Positions 35,144 to 45,580 of a DNA stretch of 64,000 nucleotides are shown piece after piece. How positions within the stretch are numbered: position 1 is the stretch's first letter; each line of letters begins with the position of its first letter. A program made the position numbers and the translations under genes. The notes below the pieces were generated by a model that was given only the letters and a program-made list of their open reading frames with translations, was not told where the DNA came from and ran no database searches. Source of the stretch: Ranitomeya imitator (Eukaryota); contig NC_091282.1 of the NCBI RefSeq assembly GCF_032444005.1, forward strand, positions 740,590,001 through 740,654,000, given 5' to 3'.

Positions 35144-37378
35144 TCAATATCTCATCTAGATCATTGGGTGTCGCTGAACTCGGGGTCCTAGAGAAGGGCT
35201 TGTCATTTTGTCCTGCCTACCATTGTAAAACGTTTGACTTAGAAATAGATCTTTTACGTTTTTTTCGACTGTTAAGACTCAAAGTCCATTTTGCCACCTC
35301 CCCCAGCGCTCCGACTACTGTATGTACTAACCCTATGTCCATTATGTCTTTGGGGTTACGTAATAAAAGTTCCTTCCGTCCGCCATATGGGTCTCACGCG
35401 GTTGAAACCTTCATTGGTTTCATCCAAGATTCCTTCCACACCCTGCGTGACGACATAGAAAAGGGTAGGTTACACTATCCCCCTAATCTTTCTCCTACTG
35501 AACATCAGGCATTTATGGCATTACAAAAGGACTCAACGTTAGTCATAAAACCGGCTGATAAAGGGGGTGCACTCGTAGTAATGGACAAGATACAGTACAT
35601 TAAAGAGATCCATCGCCAATTTAATGACACATCAGTTTATGATAGACTCTCGAGGGACCCCACCTCAGAAATTAGGGGTAAAATAGACACCGTGATATCA
35701 AAATACTCCGATTTAGGGATTATAGACACGAAAACCAGCGAGTTCCTTAGAAAAAGCAATCCCATCACACCAGTGTTTTACACACTGCCCAAAATTCATA
35801 AGGACTTATCTAACCCACCTGGTAGACCTATTGTCGCTTCTACCGACTCTATCCTCTCTCCTCTTTCAATATACCTTGAAAAAATCTTGACTCCCATCAC
35901 TCAGACATCACCTTCCTTTATTTTGGATACAGGGGAATTCTTGAAGTGTATTAAGGAGCTTGGGAGGGTATCCGTGGATACCATCTTGGTCACATTAGAC
36001 GTCAAGGACTTGTATACATCTATTCCCCATCTCAACGGGATTAATGCAGTGCACCACTCTCACTACTGCAGGCCTCACCACTAATCAGATCAATCTATGT
36101 GTGGAATTACTAACGATTGTCCTACACAATAACTTTTTCCTTTTCCAGGATACCTTCTATTTACAGAAGCGAGGTACGGCAATGGGCTCCAATGTGGCAC
36201 CCCCGTATGCTAATACGTATATGACAGAATTTGAAACTTATATTATCTATAAACATCCCTTGTTTCGAAATGTCTCCCTATGGAAACGCTTCATAGATGA
36301 TATTTTTTGCATTTGGGGTGGCACATTGGAGTCCTTGCAAGAGTTTTTCCTATTCCTAAACGGAGCCTGGCCAGGCATCAAGTTCACGATTAGCCATGAT
36401 TCACATTCAATTAATTTCTTAGATACCATGGTACTCAAAGACCAAGCTGGTTTTCTCACTACAGACCTCTTTACCAAACCAACGGACAAAAATAGCTTGT
36501 TACATTACCATAGTTTTCACCCACCATCCACCAAACGCTCAATACCGATATCGCAGTTTCAACGAGTAAAGCGTATAGTACCAGACAGAACCCTATGTGA
36601 GAATCGACTTCAAAATATGACCTCTAAATTCATAGAGAGGGGTTATCCACCAAGGGTCCTTGCACAATCGAGAGATCCCCCACCTAGGCATTCCACCAGA
36701 GATCAGGGTAAACGTATTCCCTTTGTGCACTCATACCACCCCTTCTCTTTCATCCTTCACAAGGCCATCAGACGACACTGGCATCTCCTGTCCACAGCCC
36801 ACCCGGATATACCTGAGTTCAGATCACCTTTTCTACCATGCTTCAGAAGGCCACCTAATTTGAGGGATGGTTTAGTCAAAGCCGATATTGGGTCGGCAGA
36901 CCAACGTAGACAACTGTTCCTATCACGCCCAAGGAATGGCACATTTCCATGCCTCCATTGCGCACAATGCCACAATGTACTAAAGGGCAACACTTTCCAA
37001 CACCCCAGATCAGGCAAGACCTTTAGGATTAATCAATTCTTCACGTGCGAGTCTTCGTACGTTGTGTACCTGATCAAGTGCCCATGTGGGTTGTTATATG
37101 TGGGCGAGACCACACAGTCAGTAAGAGACAGGATTTCGAAACATAAATCTACTATTCGATGTCAGAATCTACTCTTGCCAATTCCACACCACTTTCACTC
37201 AGCAGGCCTTTCAATCTCTCAATTGAGATACCAGGTCATCGATAGAGCACCACCTCCTAGGAGGGGCGGTGACAGAGTCGCTTTACTCCACAGGAAAGAG
37301 GCGTTCTGGATACACACCTTGGAGACATTGGCCCCTAAGGGCCTTAATCGTGATTATGAACTCATGGCGTTTGTGTGA
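35032..37378 (+). pseudogene. PLE reverse transcriptase - GIY-YIG endonuclease frame, with one frameshift lesion near 36060
   Basis: VVNISS, KGLSFCP, IKPADKGG, PKIHK, PGRPIV, LDVKDLYTSIP, GTAMGS, RFIDDIF, CLHCAQC, VVYLIKCPCGLLYVGET, WIHTLETLAPKGLN. A +1 frame change occurs at CACTCTCACT. Confidence 0.92.
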
Positions 37379-38686
37379 TATTTGTTGCTATGTAATGTTA
37401 CTAATTCCTTTCTCTCTGTCTTTTTAGAGCCGTCTGTATTGATTTATTGGCACCACGGATAACGAGCACCATCTTGTCCACTCACTGTCATAGTGCTCCG
37501 GATTAGTCACGTCCACCCCCAGCGTTTCTTTTCCTTTTCTGATCTTTTTATTTTTCAGCTGGTCACTCATTGTCACTTCCCTGTTTCTCAATTAAAGTAT
37601 TTTTCTACTGTTAATATTAGTCTATGTGATTATATACTCTGCATCATCTTCCCTTTCTCTTCCCTTCTCTCCCCGCTTTTCTTTATGTATGCCTACGTCT
37701 CTTCCCTGTTATATTACTTTGGCCCCTAGGGCTTATGCACTGCATTATACCATATACCCCTGCCTCTATGCCACATTTTACAGCGGACACTTTAAAGCAT
37801 AATGTGCCTTTCCCAATATGGCAACCTAACTAAGTTTGCTGTCGCCTGACGCCCCACTTCCGGTGCGTCACATCCGGTTTTTGTTCCCCATACTCCCAGC
37901 GCCCCTATGGAGTACAGCCTGCCCCATCCATCATGGCGACCGGGCTTGTTCTAGATGCGTCCGGTGCCCCACTTCCGGTACGCCACATCTGGCCCTCGCC
38001 CTGCAACGTCCTCTATTGGTGCACTATGCGCATATGCCTTGTCTATCTCAGCGCGTCACTTCCGCTTCCCCTTGTGGTAAGCACGCGCTGCAGCACACAT
38101 AGCACCCACTATACCGGCGGATTTCCCGCCCATAGGTATTTAAATAGGCCCTCCTCACTCCAGTCCTTACCTACACAGCGGTGGACACCGCGGTTCCGGC
38201 CATCTGTAAGGTATAGCACCTTATATATATTATATCTGTGCGATTCTACATTTGTATGCTGCTTTCTACAGGATTGCTCTATTTCCATTCTAGGCTGATC
38301 TAGGATACATCTTCTTCTATTTGGAATTAGCGCTGTACCTTTATTTCATCGGTAGGCTCCTTTTACCTTAGTTCCCACTATATTACTACACTTCCGAATC
38401 TTATCGGGTTTTGCCACTATCTTCCCCTTTTTTCTATAGGCAGCGTGTATAGCCAATAAGCATTCATCTTCTATCCCGACATTTGGTATGTAATCTTTCC
38501 TCTGTCTCTCTCTCACTCACTGTGCCATTATCTATTACTCTCCATTACCATATGCGCACCATAGTAACACCTTTATTGCCATGTACATGTACGGTTGTCC
38601 ATGTGTATTCTGTGTAAATACTTTGTTTATTAGTTTTTTGTGTTGATATTACCCTTATTACATGATTTCTTTTGATATGTGTAATT

Positions 38687-38733
38687 TTCAGTTACTGACG
38701 AAGGTCTTGTATGTGACCGAAACGTTTTGTTTG
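38687..38733 (+). ncRNA. Minimal hammerhead ribozyme in the terminal PLE pseudo-LTR
   Basis: CTGACGA (38695-38701), GGTC/GACC stem II, GAAA (38719-38722). Core identical to the 34184 copy. Confidence 0.75.
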
Positions 38734-38920
38734 GGATACAATAAACTACCCAATTTTCTTCTCACCGCAAAGTTGAGTGCTGGGTTTCTTACTTGCTTGA
38801 TTTCTCAAACTATAGCCTCTAATGTACTGGTCTTGTTGCTCAATTGTGCAGCGGGGCCTTCTACTTCTCTTTCTACTCTTGTTAGAGGCTGTTTGTGCTC
38901 TCCTCTGAAGGGAGTAGTAC

Positions 38921-41900
38921 TGTTGTGAATTCTGTGGCTGAATTCACTCCTGTGGTCACAAGTGGTACTGCAGCTTCTGAGCTTCCTCCCTCAGGTGTTC
39001 TAGTGAGCTCGTTAACTGCTTCATTACTTAACTCAGCCTGATGCTGCTATCCTTGCTCCTTGTCAATGTTTCAGTGTTGGATCTGAGCTTCTCCTGATTG
39101 TTCCTGTGACCTGCTGCTCTGTATAGCTAAGTGCTTTTTGCTTTTTTGTTGCTTTTTTTCTGTCCAGCTTGTCTTTTGTTTTGCTGGAAGCTCTGAGACG
39201 CAAAGGGTGTACCGCCGTGCCGTTAGTTCGGCACGGTGGGTTTTTTTTTGCCCCCTTTGCGTGGTTTTGCTTTAGGGTTTTTTGTAGACTGCAAAGTTCG
39301 CTTTACTGTCCTCGCTCTGTCCTAGAATATCGGGCCCCACTTTGCTGAATCTATTTCATCCCTACGTTTTGTCTTTTCATCTTACTCACAGTCATTATAT
39401 GTGGGGGGCTGCCTTTTCCTTTGGGGAATTTCTCTGGGGCAAGTCAGGCCTATTTTTCTATCTTCAGGCTAGCTAGTTTCTTAGGCTGTGCCGAGTTGCC
39501 TAGGTAGTTGTTAGGCGCAATCCACAGCCGCTTTTAGTTGTGTTTAGGATAGGATCAGGTGTGCAGTCTACAGAGTTTCCACGTCTCAGAGCTCGTGGCT
39601 CCTGCACATCAGGAAGTTATTCGCTTTCTGGTGTTGCATAATCTGCATGATGTGGTCGTGTTGGGGTTGCCATGGCTACAAACCCATAATCCAGTATTGG
39701 ATTGGAATTCCATGTCGGTATCCAGCTGGGGTTGTCAGGGGGTACATGGTGATGTTCCATTTTTGTCGATTTCGTCATCCACCCCTTCTGAGGTACCAGA
39801 GTTCTTGTCTGATTATAAGGATGTATTTGAAGAGCCCAAGTCCGATGCTCTACCTCCGCATAGGGATTGTGATTGTGATATCAATTTGATTCCTGGTAGT
39901 AAATTCCCTAAAGGTCGATTATTTAATTTATCCGTGTCCGAACACGCCGCTATGCGCAGTTATGTGAAGGAATCCCTGGAGAAGGGACATATTCGCCCAT
40001 CGTCATCACCACTGGGAGCAGGGTTCTTCTTTGTAGCCAAGAAGGATGGTTCGCTGAGACCGTGTATTGATTACCGCCTTCTTAATAAGATCACTGTTAA
40101 ATTTCAGTATCCCTTGCCATTGTTATCTGACTTGTTTGCTCGGATTAAGGGGGCTAGTTGGTTCACTAAGATAGATCCTCGTGGTGCGTATAATCTGGTG
40201 AGAATCAGGCAAGGAGATGAATGGAAAACTGCATTCAATACGCCCGAGGGTCATTTTGAGTATCTAGTGATGCCGTTCGGACTTGCCAATGCTCCATCTG
40301 TGTTTCAGTCTTTTATGCATGACATCTTCCGTGAGTATCTGGATAAATTCCTGATTGTTTACTTGGATGACATTTTAATCTTCTCAGATGATTGGGAGTC
40401 TCATGTGAAGCAGGTCAGAATGGTTTTTCAGGTCCTGCGTGCTAACTCTTTGTTTGTGAAGGGATCAAAATGTCTCTTCGGTGTGCAGAAAGTTTCATTT
40501 TTGGGGTTCATCTTTACCCCTTCTACTATCGAGATGGATCCAGTTAAGGTCCAAGCCATCCAGGATTGGATTCAGCCGACATCTCTGAAAAGTCTGCAAA
40601 AGTTCCTGGGCTTTGCTAATTTTTATCGTCGCTTCATCTGTAATTTTTCTAGCATTGCCAAACCATTGACCGATTTGACCAAGAAGGGTGCTGATTTGGT
40701 TAATTGGTCTTCTGCTGCTGTGGAAGCTTTTCAGGAGTTGAAGCGTCGTTTTTGTTCTGCCCCTGTGTTGTGTCAGCCAGATGTTTCTCTTCCGTTCCAG
40801 GTCGAGGTTGATGCTTCTGAGATTGGAGCAGGGGCGGTTTTGTCACAGAGAGGTTCTGATTGCTCAGTGATGAAACCATGTGCTTTCTTTTCCAGGAAGT
40901 TTTCGCCCGCTGAGCGTAATTATGATGTGGGCAATCGAGAGTTGCTGGCCATGAAGTGGGCATTCGAGGAGTGGCGTCATTGGCTTGAAGGACCTAAGCA
41001 TCGCGTGGTGGTACTGACTGATCATAAGAACTTGACTTATCTCGAGTCTGCCAAGCGCTTGAATCCTAGACAGGCCCGTTGGTCGTTATTTTTTGCCCGC
41101 TTCGACTTTGTGATTTCGTACCTTCCGGGCTCTAAAAATGTGAAGGCGGATGCTCTGTCTAGGAGTTTTGTGCCCGACTCTCCGGGTTTATCTGAGCCAG
41201 CGGGTATCCTCAAGGAAGGAGTCATTGTGTCTGCCATCTCCCCTGATTTGCGGCGGGTGCTGCAAAAATTTCAGGCGAATAAACCTGATCGTTGTCCAGC
41301 AGAGAAACTGTTCGTCCCTGATAGGTGGACTAATAAACTTATCTCTGAACTTCATTGTTCGGTGTTGGCTGGTCATCCTGGAATCTTTGGTACCAGAGAG
41401 TTAGTGGCTAGATCCTTCTGGTGGCCATCTCTGTCACGGGATGTACGTACTTTTGTGCAGTCCTGTGGGATTTGTGCTAGGGCTAAGCCCTGCTGTTCTC
41501 GTGCCAGTGGGTTGCTTTTGCCCTTGCCGGTCCCAAAGAGGCCTTGGACACATATTTCGATGGATTTCATTTCTGACCTTCCCGTTTCTCAAAAGATGTC
41601 AGTCATTTGGGTGGTCTGTGATCGCTTTTCTAAAATGGTCCATCTGGTGCCCTTGGCTAAATTGCCTTCCTCCTCTGATTTGGTACCTTTGTTCTTTCAG
41701 CATGTGGTTCGGTTGCATGGCATTCCTGAGAATATTGTTTCTGACAGAGGTTCCCAGTTTGTTTCAAGGTTTTGGCGAGCCATTTGTGGTAGGATGGGCA
41801 TTGACCTATCCTTTTCCTCGGCTTTCCATCCTCAGACTAATGGCCAGACCGAACGAACCAATCAGACCTTGGAAACATATCTGAGATGTTTTGTTTCTGC

Positions 41901-43419
41901 AGACCAGGATGATTGGGTGTCCTTTTTGCCGTTGGCTGAGTTCGCCCTTAATAATCGGGCCAGCTCGGCTACCTTGGTTTCTCCATTTTTTTGCAATTCT
42001 GGGTTCCATCCTCGTTTCTCTTCAGGACAGGTTGAGTCTTCGGACTGTCCTGGTGTGGATTCTGTGGTGGATAGGTTGCAGCAGATCTGGACTCAGGTAG
42101 TGGACAATTTGATCTTGTCCCAGGAGAAAGCTCAACTTTTCGCTAATCGCAGACGCCGTGTGGGTCCCCGACTTCGTGTTGGGGATCTGGTTTGGTTATC
42201 TTCTCGTCATATTCCTATGAAGGTTTCCTCTCCTAAATTTAAACCTCGTTTTATTGGTCCGTATAGGATTTCTGAGGTTCTCAATCCTGTGTCTTTTCGT
42301 TTGACCCTCCCAGACTCCTTTTCCATACATAATGTATTCCATAGGTCGTTGTTGCGGAGATACGTGGCACCTATGGTTCCATCTGTTGAGCCTCCTGCCC
42401 CGGTTTTGGTGGAGGGGGAATTGGAGTATATTGTGGAGAAGATTTTGGATTCTCGTGTTTCTAGACGGAAACTCCAGTATCTGGTTAAATGGAAGGGTTA
42501 TGCTCAGGAAGATAATTCCTGGGTTTTTGCCTCTGATGTTCATGCTTCCGATCTTGTTCGTGCCTTTCATGCGGCTCATCCTGGTCGGCCTGGGGGCTCT
42601 GGTGAGGGTTCGGTGACCCCTCCTCAAGGGGGGGGTACTGTTGTGAATTCTGTGGCTGAATTCACTCCTGTGGTCACAAGTGGTACTGCAGCTTCTGAGC
42701 TTCCTCCCTCAGGTGTTCTGGTGAGCTCGTTAACTGCTTCATTACTTAACTCCGCCTGATGCTGCTATCCTTGCTCCTTGTCAATGTTTCAGTGTTGGAT
42801 CTGAGCTTCTCCTGATTGTTCCTGTGACCTGCTGCTCTGTATAGCTAAGTGCTTTTTGCTTTTTTGTTGCTTTTTTTCTGTCCAGCTTGTCTTTTGTTTT
42901 GCTGGAAGCTCTGAGACGCAAAGGGTGTACCGCCGTGCCGTTAGTTCGGCACGGTGGGTTTTTTTTTGCCCCCTTTGCGTGGTTTTGCTTTAGGGTTTTT
43001 TGTAGACTGCAAAGTTCGCTTTACTGTCCTCGCTCTGTCCTAGAATATCGGGCCCCACTTTGCTGAATCTATTTCATCCCTACGTTTTGTCTTTTCATCT
43101 TACTCACAGTCATTATATGTGGGGGGCTGCCTTTTCCTTTGGGGAATTTCTCTGGGGCAAGTCAGGCCTATTTTTCTATCTTCAGGCTAGCTAGTTTCTT
43201 AGGCTGTGCCGAGTTGCCTAGGTAGTTGTTAGGCGCAATCCACAGCCGCTTTTAGTTGTGTTTAGGATAGGATCAGGTGTGCAGTCTACAGAGTTTCCAC
43301 GTCTCAGAGCTCGTTCTTGTATTTTTGGGTATTTGTCAGATCACTGTGTGCGCTCTGATCGCTAAGCACACTGTGTTTTTGGATTGCCTTCATAACAGCT
43401 GTCATTAGCAAACATAACA
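38921..43419 (+). mobile_element. Ty3/Gypsy chromovirus 2, internally deleted (U5 end, PBS, gag and protease start lost)
   Basis: 5' LTR 38921-39596 fused directly to mid-protease sequence. 3' LTR 42639-43419 (TG...CA). PPT before 42639. TSD TAGTAC. About 2 substitutions between the LTRs seen by eye. Confidence 0.95.
39597..42759 (+). pseudogene. 5'-truncated pol (partial PR, RT, RH, IN, chromodomain), open frame
   Basis: YLDD, RNase H, intact ISMDFI integrase Asp, chromodomain. The track start at 39559 is a GTG inside the LTR. Confidence 0.9.
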
Positions 43420-43922
43420 TAGTACACACCGTTGTAGGAAATCTTCAGTTTCTTGGCAAATTCTCGCATGGAATAGCCTTCATTTCTAAGAATAAGAATA
43501 GACTGTCGAATTTCACATGAAAGTTCTTTTTTTTCTGGCCATTTTGAGAGTTTAATGGAACCAACAAATGTAATGCTCCAGATTCTCAACTAGCTCAAAG
43601 GATGGTCAGGTTTATAGGTTCTCTAGTCAGCCAAACTGTTTTCCGCTGTGCTAACATACTTGCACAAGGGTATTTTAACTATCCACTAGCCTTCTTACAC
43701 AGCAAACACAAAGTACCATAAGTACACTGGAGTGATGGTTGTTGGAAATGGGCCTCTATACACCTATGAAGATATTGCATTACAAACCAGACATTTGCAG
43801 CTAGAATAGTCATTTACCACTTTAATAATGTATAGAGTGCATTTCTGAATCATTTAATGTTGGCTTCATTGGAAAAAACTGCTTTGGAGTGTGTGTATGT
43901 ATGTATGTATATATATAATATA

Positions 43923-45526
43923 CAGTGGGGCAAAAAAGTATTTAGTCAGTCAGCAATAGTGCAAGTTCCACCACTTAAAAAGATGAGAGGCGTCTGTAAT
44001 TTACATCATAGGTACACCTCAACTATGGGAGACAAACTGAGAAAAAAAAATCCAGAAAATCACATTGTCTGTTTTTTTAACAATTTATTTGCATATTATG
44101 GTGGAAAATAAGTATTTTGTTAGAAACAAACAATCAAGATTTCTGGCTCTCACAGACCTGTAACTTCTTCTTTAAGAGTCTCCTCTTTCCTCCACTCATT
44201 ACCTGTAGTAATGGCACCTGTTTAAACTTGTTATCAGTATAAAAAGACACCTGTGCACACCCTCAAACAGTCTGACTCCAAACTCCACTATGGTGAAGAC
44301 CAAAGAGCTGTCAAAGGACACCAGAAACAAAATTGTAGCCCTGCACCAGGCTGGGAAGACTGAATCTGCAATAGCCAACCAGCTTGGAGTGAAGAAATCA
44401 ACAGTGGGAGCAATAATTAGAAAATGGAAGACATACAAGACCACTGATAATCTCCCTCGATCTGGGGCTCCACGCAAAATCCCACCCCGTGGGGTCAGAA
44501 TGATCACAAGAACGGTGAGCAAAAATCCCAGAACCATGCGGGGGGACCTAGTGAATGAACTGCAGAGAGCTGGGACCAATGTAACAAGGCCTACCCTAAG
44601 TAACACACTACGCCACCATGGACTCAGATCCTGCAGTGCCAGACATGTCCCACTGCTTAAGCCAGTACATGTCCGGGCCCGTCTGAAGTTTGCTAGAGAG
44701 CATTTGGATGATCCAGAGGAGTTTTGGGAGAATGTCCTATGGTCTGATGAAACCAAACTGGAACTGTTTGGTAGAAACACAACTTGTCGTGTTTGGAGGA
44801 AAAAGAATACTGAGTTGCATCCATCAAACACCATACCTACTGTAAAGCATGGCGGTGGAAACATCATGCTTTGGGGCTGTTTCTCTGCAAAGGGGCCAGG
44901 ACGACTGATCCGGGTACATGAAAGAATGAGTAGGGCCATGTATCGTGAGATTTTGAGTGCAAACCTCCTTCCATCAGCAAGGGCATTGAAGATGAAACGT
45001 GGCTGGGTCTTTCAACATGACAATGATCCAAAGCACACCGCCAGGGCAACGAAGGAGTGGCTTCGTAAGAAGCATTTCAAGGTCCTGGAGTGGCCTAGCC
45101 AGTCTCCAGATCTCAACCCTATAGAAAACCTTTGGAGGGAGTTGAAAGTCCGTGTTGCCAAGCGAAAAGCCAAAAACATCACTGCTCTAGAGGAGATCTG
45201 CATGGAGGAATGGGCCAACATACCAACAACAGTGTGTGGCAACCTTGTGAAGACTTACAGAAAACGTTTGACCTCTGTCATTGCCAACAAAGGATATATT
45301 ACAAAGTATTGAGATGAAATTTTGTTTCTGACCAAATACTTATTTTCCACCATAATATGCAAATAAAATGTTAAAAAAACAGACAATGTGATTTTCTGGA
45401 TTTTTTTTTTCTCAGTTTGTCTCCCATAATTGAGGTCTACCTATGATGTAAATTACAGACGCCTCTCATCTTTTTAAGTGGTGGAACTTGCACTATTGCT
45501 GACTGACTAAATACTTTTTTGCCCCA

Positions 45527-45529
<3 letters not shown>
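43923..45529 (+). mobile_element. Tc1 transposon D, full length (1607 bp), long TIRs
   Basis: TA flanks; ~200 bp TIRs beginning CAGTGGGGCAAAAAAGTATTTAGTCAGTC with few mismatches. Confidence 0.97.
44290..45312 (+). CDS. Intact Tc1 DD34E transposase (340 aa)
   Basis: Paired-like [23 protein letters not shown] followed by exactly 34 residues to E in NPIE, C-terminal KGYITKY. Confidence 0.95.
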   Translation: MVKTKELSKDTRNKIVALHQAGKTESAIANQLGVKKSTVGAIIRKWKTYKTTDNLPRSGAPRKIPPRGVRMITRTVSKNPRTMRGDLVNELQRAGTNVTRPTLSNTLRHHGLRSCSARHVPLLKPVHVRARLKFAREHLDDPEEFWENVLWSDETKLELFGRNTTCRVWRKKNTELHPSNTIPTVKHGGGNIMLWGCFSAKGPGRLIRVHERMSRAMYREILSANLLPSARALKMKRGWVFQHDNDPKHTARATKEWLRKKHFKVLEWPSQSPDLNPIENLWRELKVRVAKRKAKNITALEEICMEEWANIPTTVCGNLVKTYRKRLTSVIANKGYITKY

Positions 45530-45574
<45 letters not shown>

Positions 45575-45580
45575 TATATA
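45530..45580. repeat. (TA)n microsatellite
   Basis: Direct reading. Confidence 0.98.

Larger units (their letters stand above)
29990..38798 (+). mobile_element. Neptune-clade Penelope-like retroelement: inverted 3' fragment + direct 3' fragment + near-complete copy
   Basis: 15 bp TSD GATTTCTCAAACTAT (29975-29989, 38799-38813). Minus arm 29990-32396; direct partial copy 32394-34287; ORF-bearing copy to 38798. RT plus CxxCxxC linker plus GIY-YIG. Confidence 0.95.
28597..43890 (-). mobile_element. Tc1 transposon C, decayed, split by a MITE, the Neptune PLE and chromovirus 2
   Basis: Transposase pieces: MARKKELSCEIRQSILILRNEGYSMR (ATG near 43542), 38814-38920, 29167-29420 (STSTVKRRL...HWTEEDW) and 28713-28916 ([16 protein letters not shown]). 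They are contiguous once the inserts are removed. Left terminus missing. Confidence 0.88.

Noticed and set aside
44199-44939. 246 aa antisense ORF
   Set aside because: Shadow frame of the Tc1 transposase.
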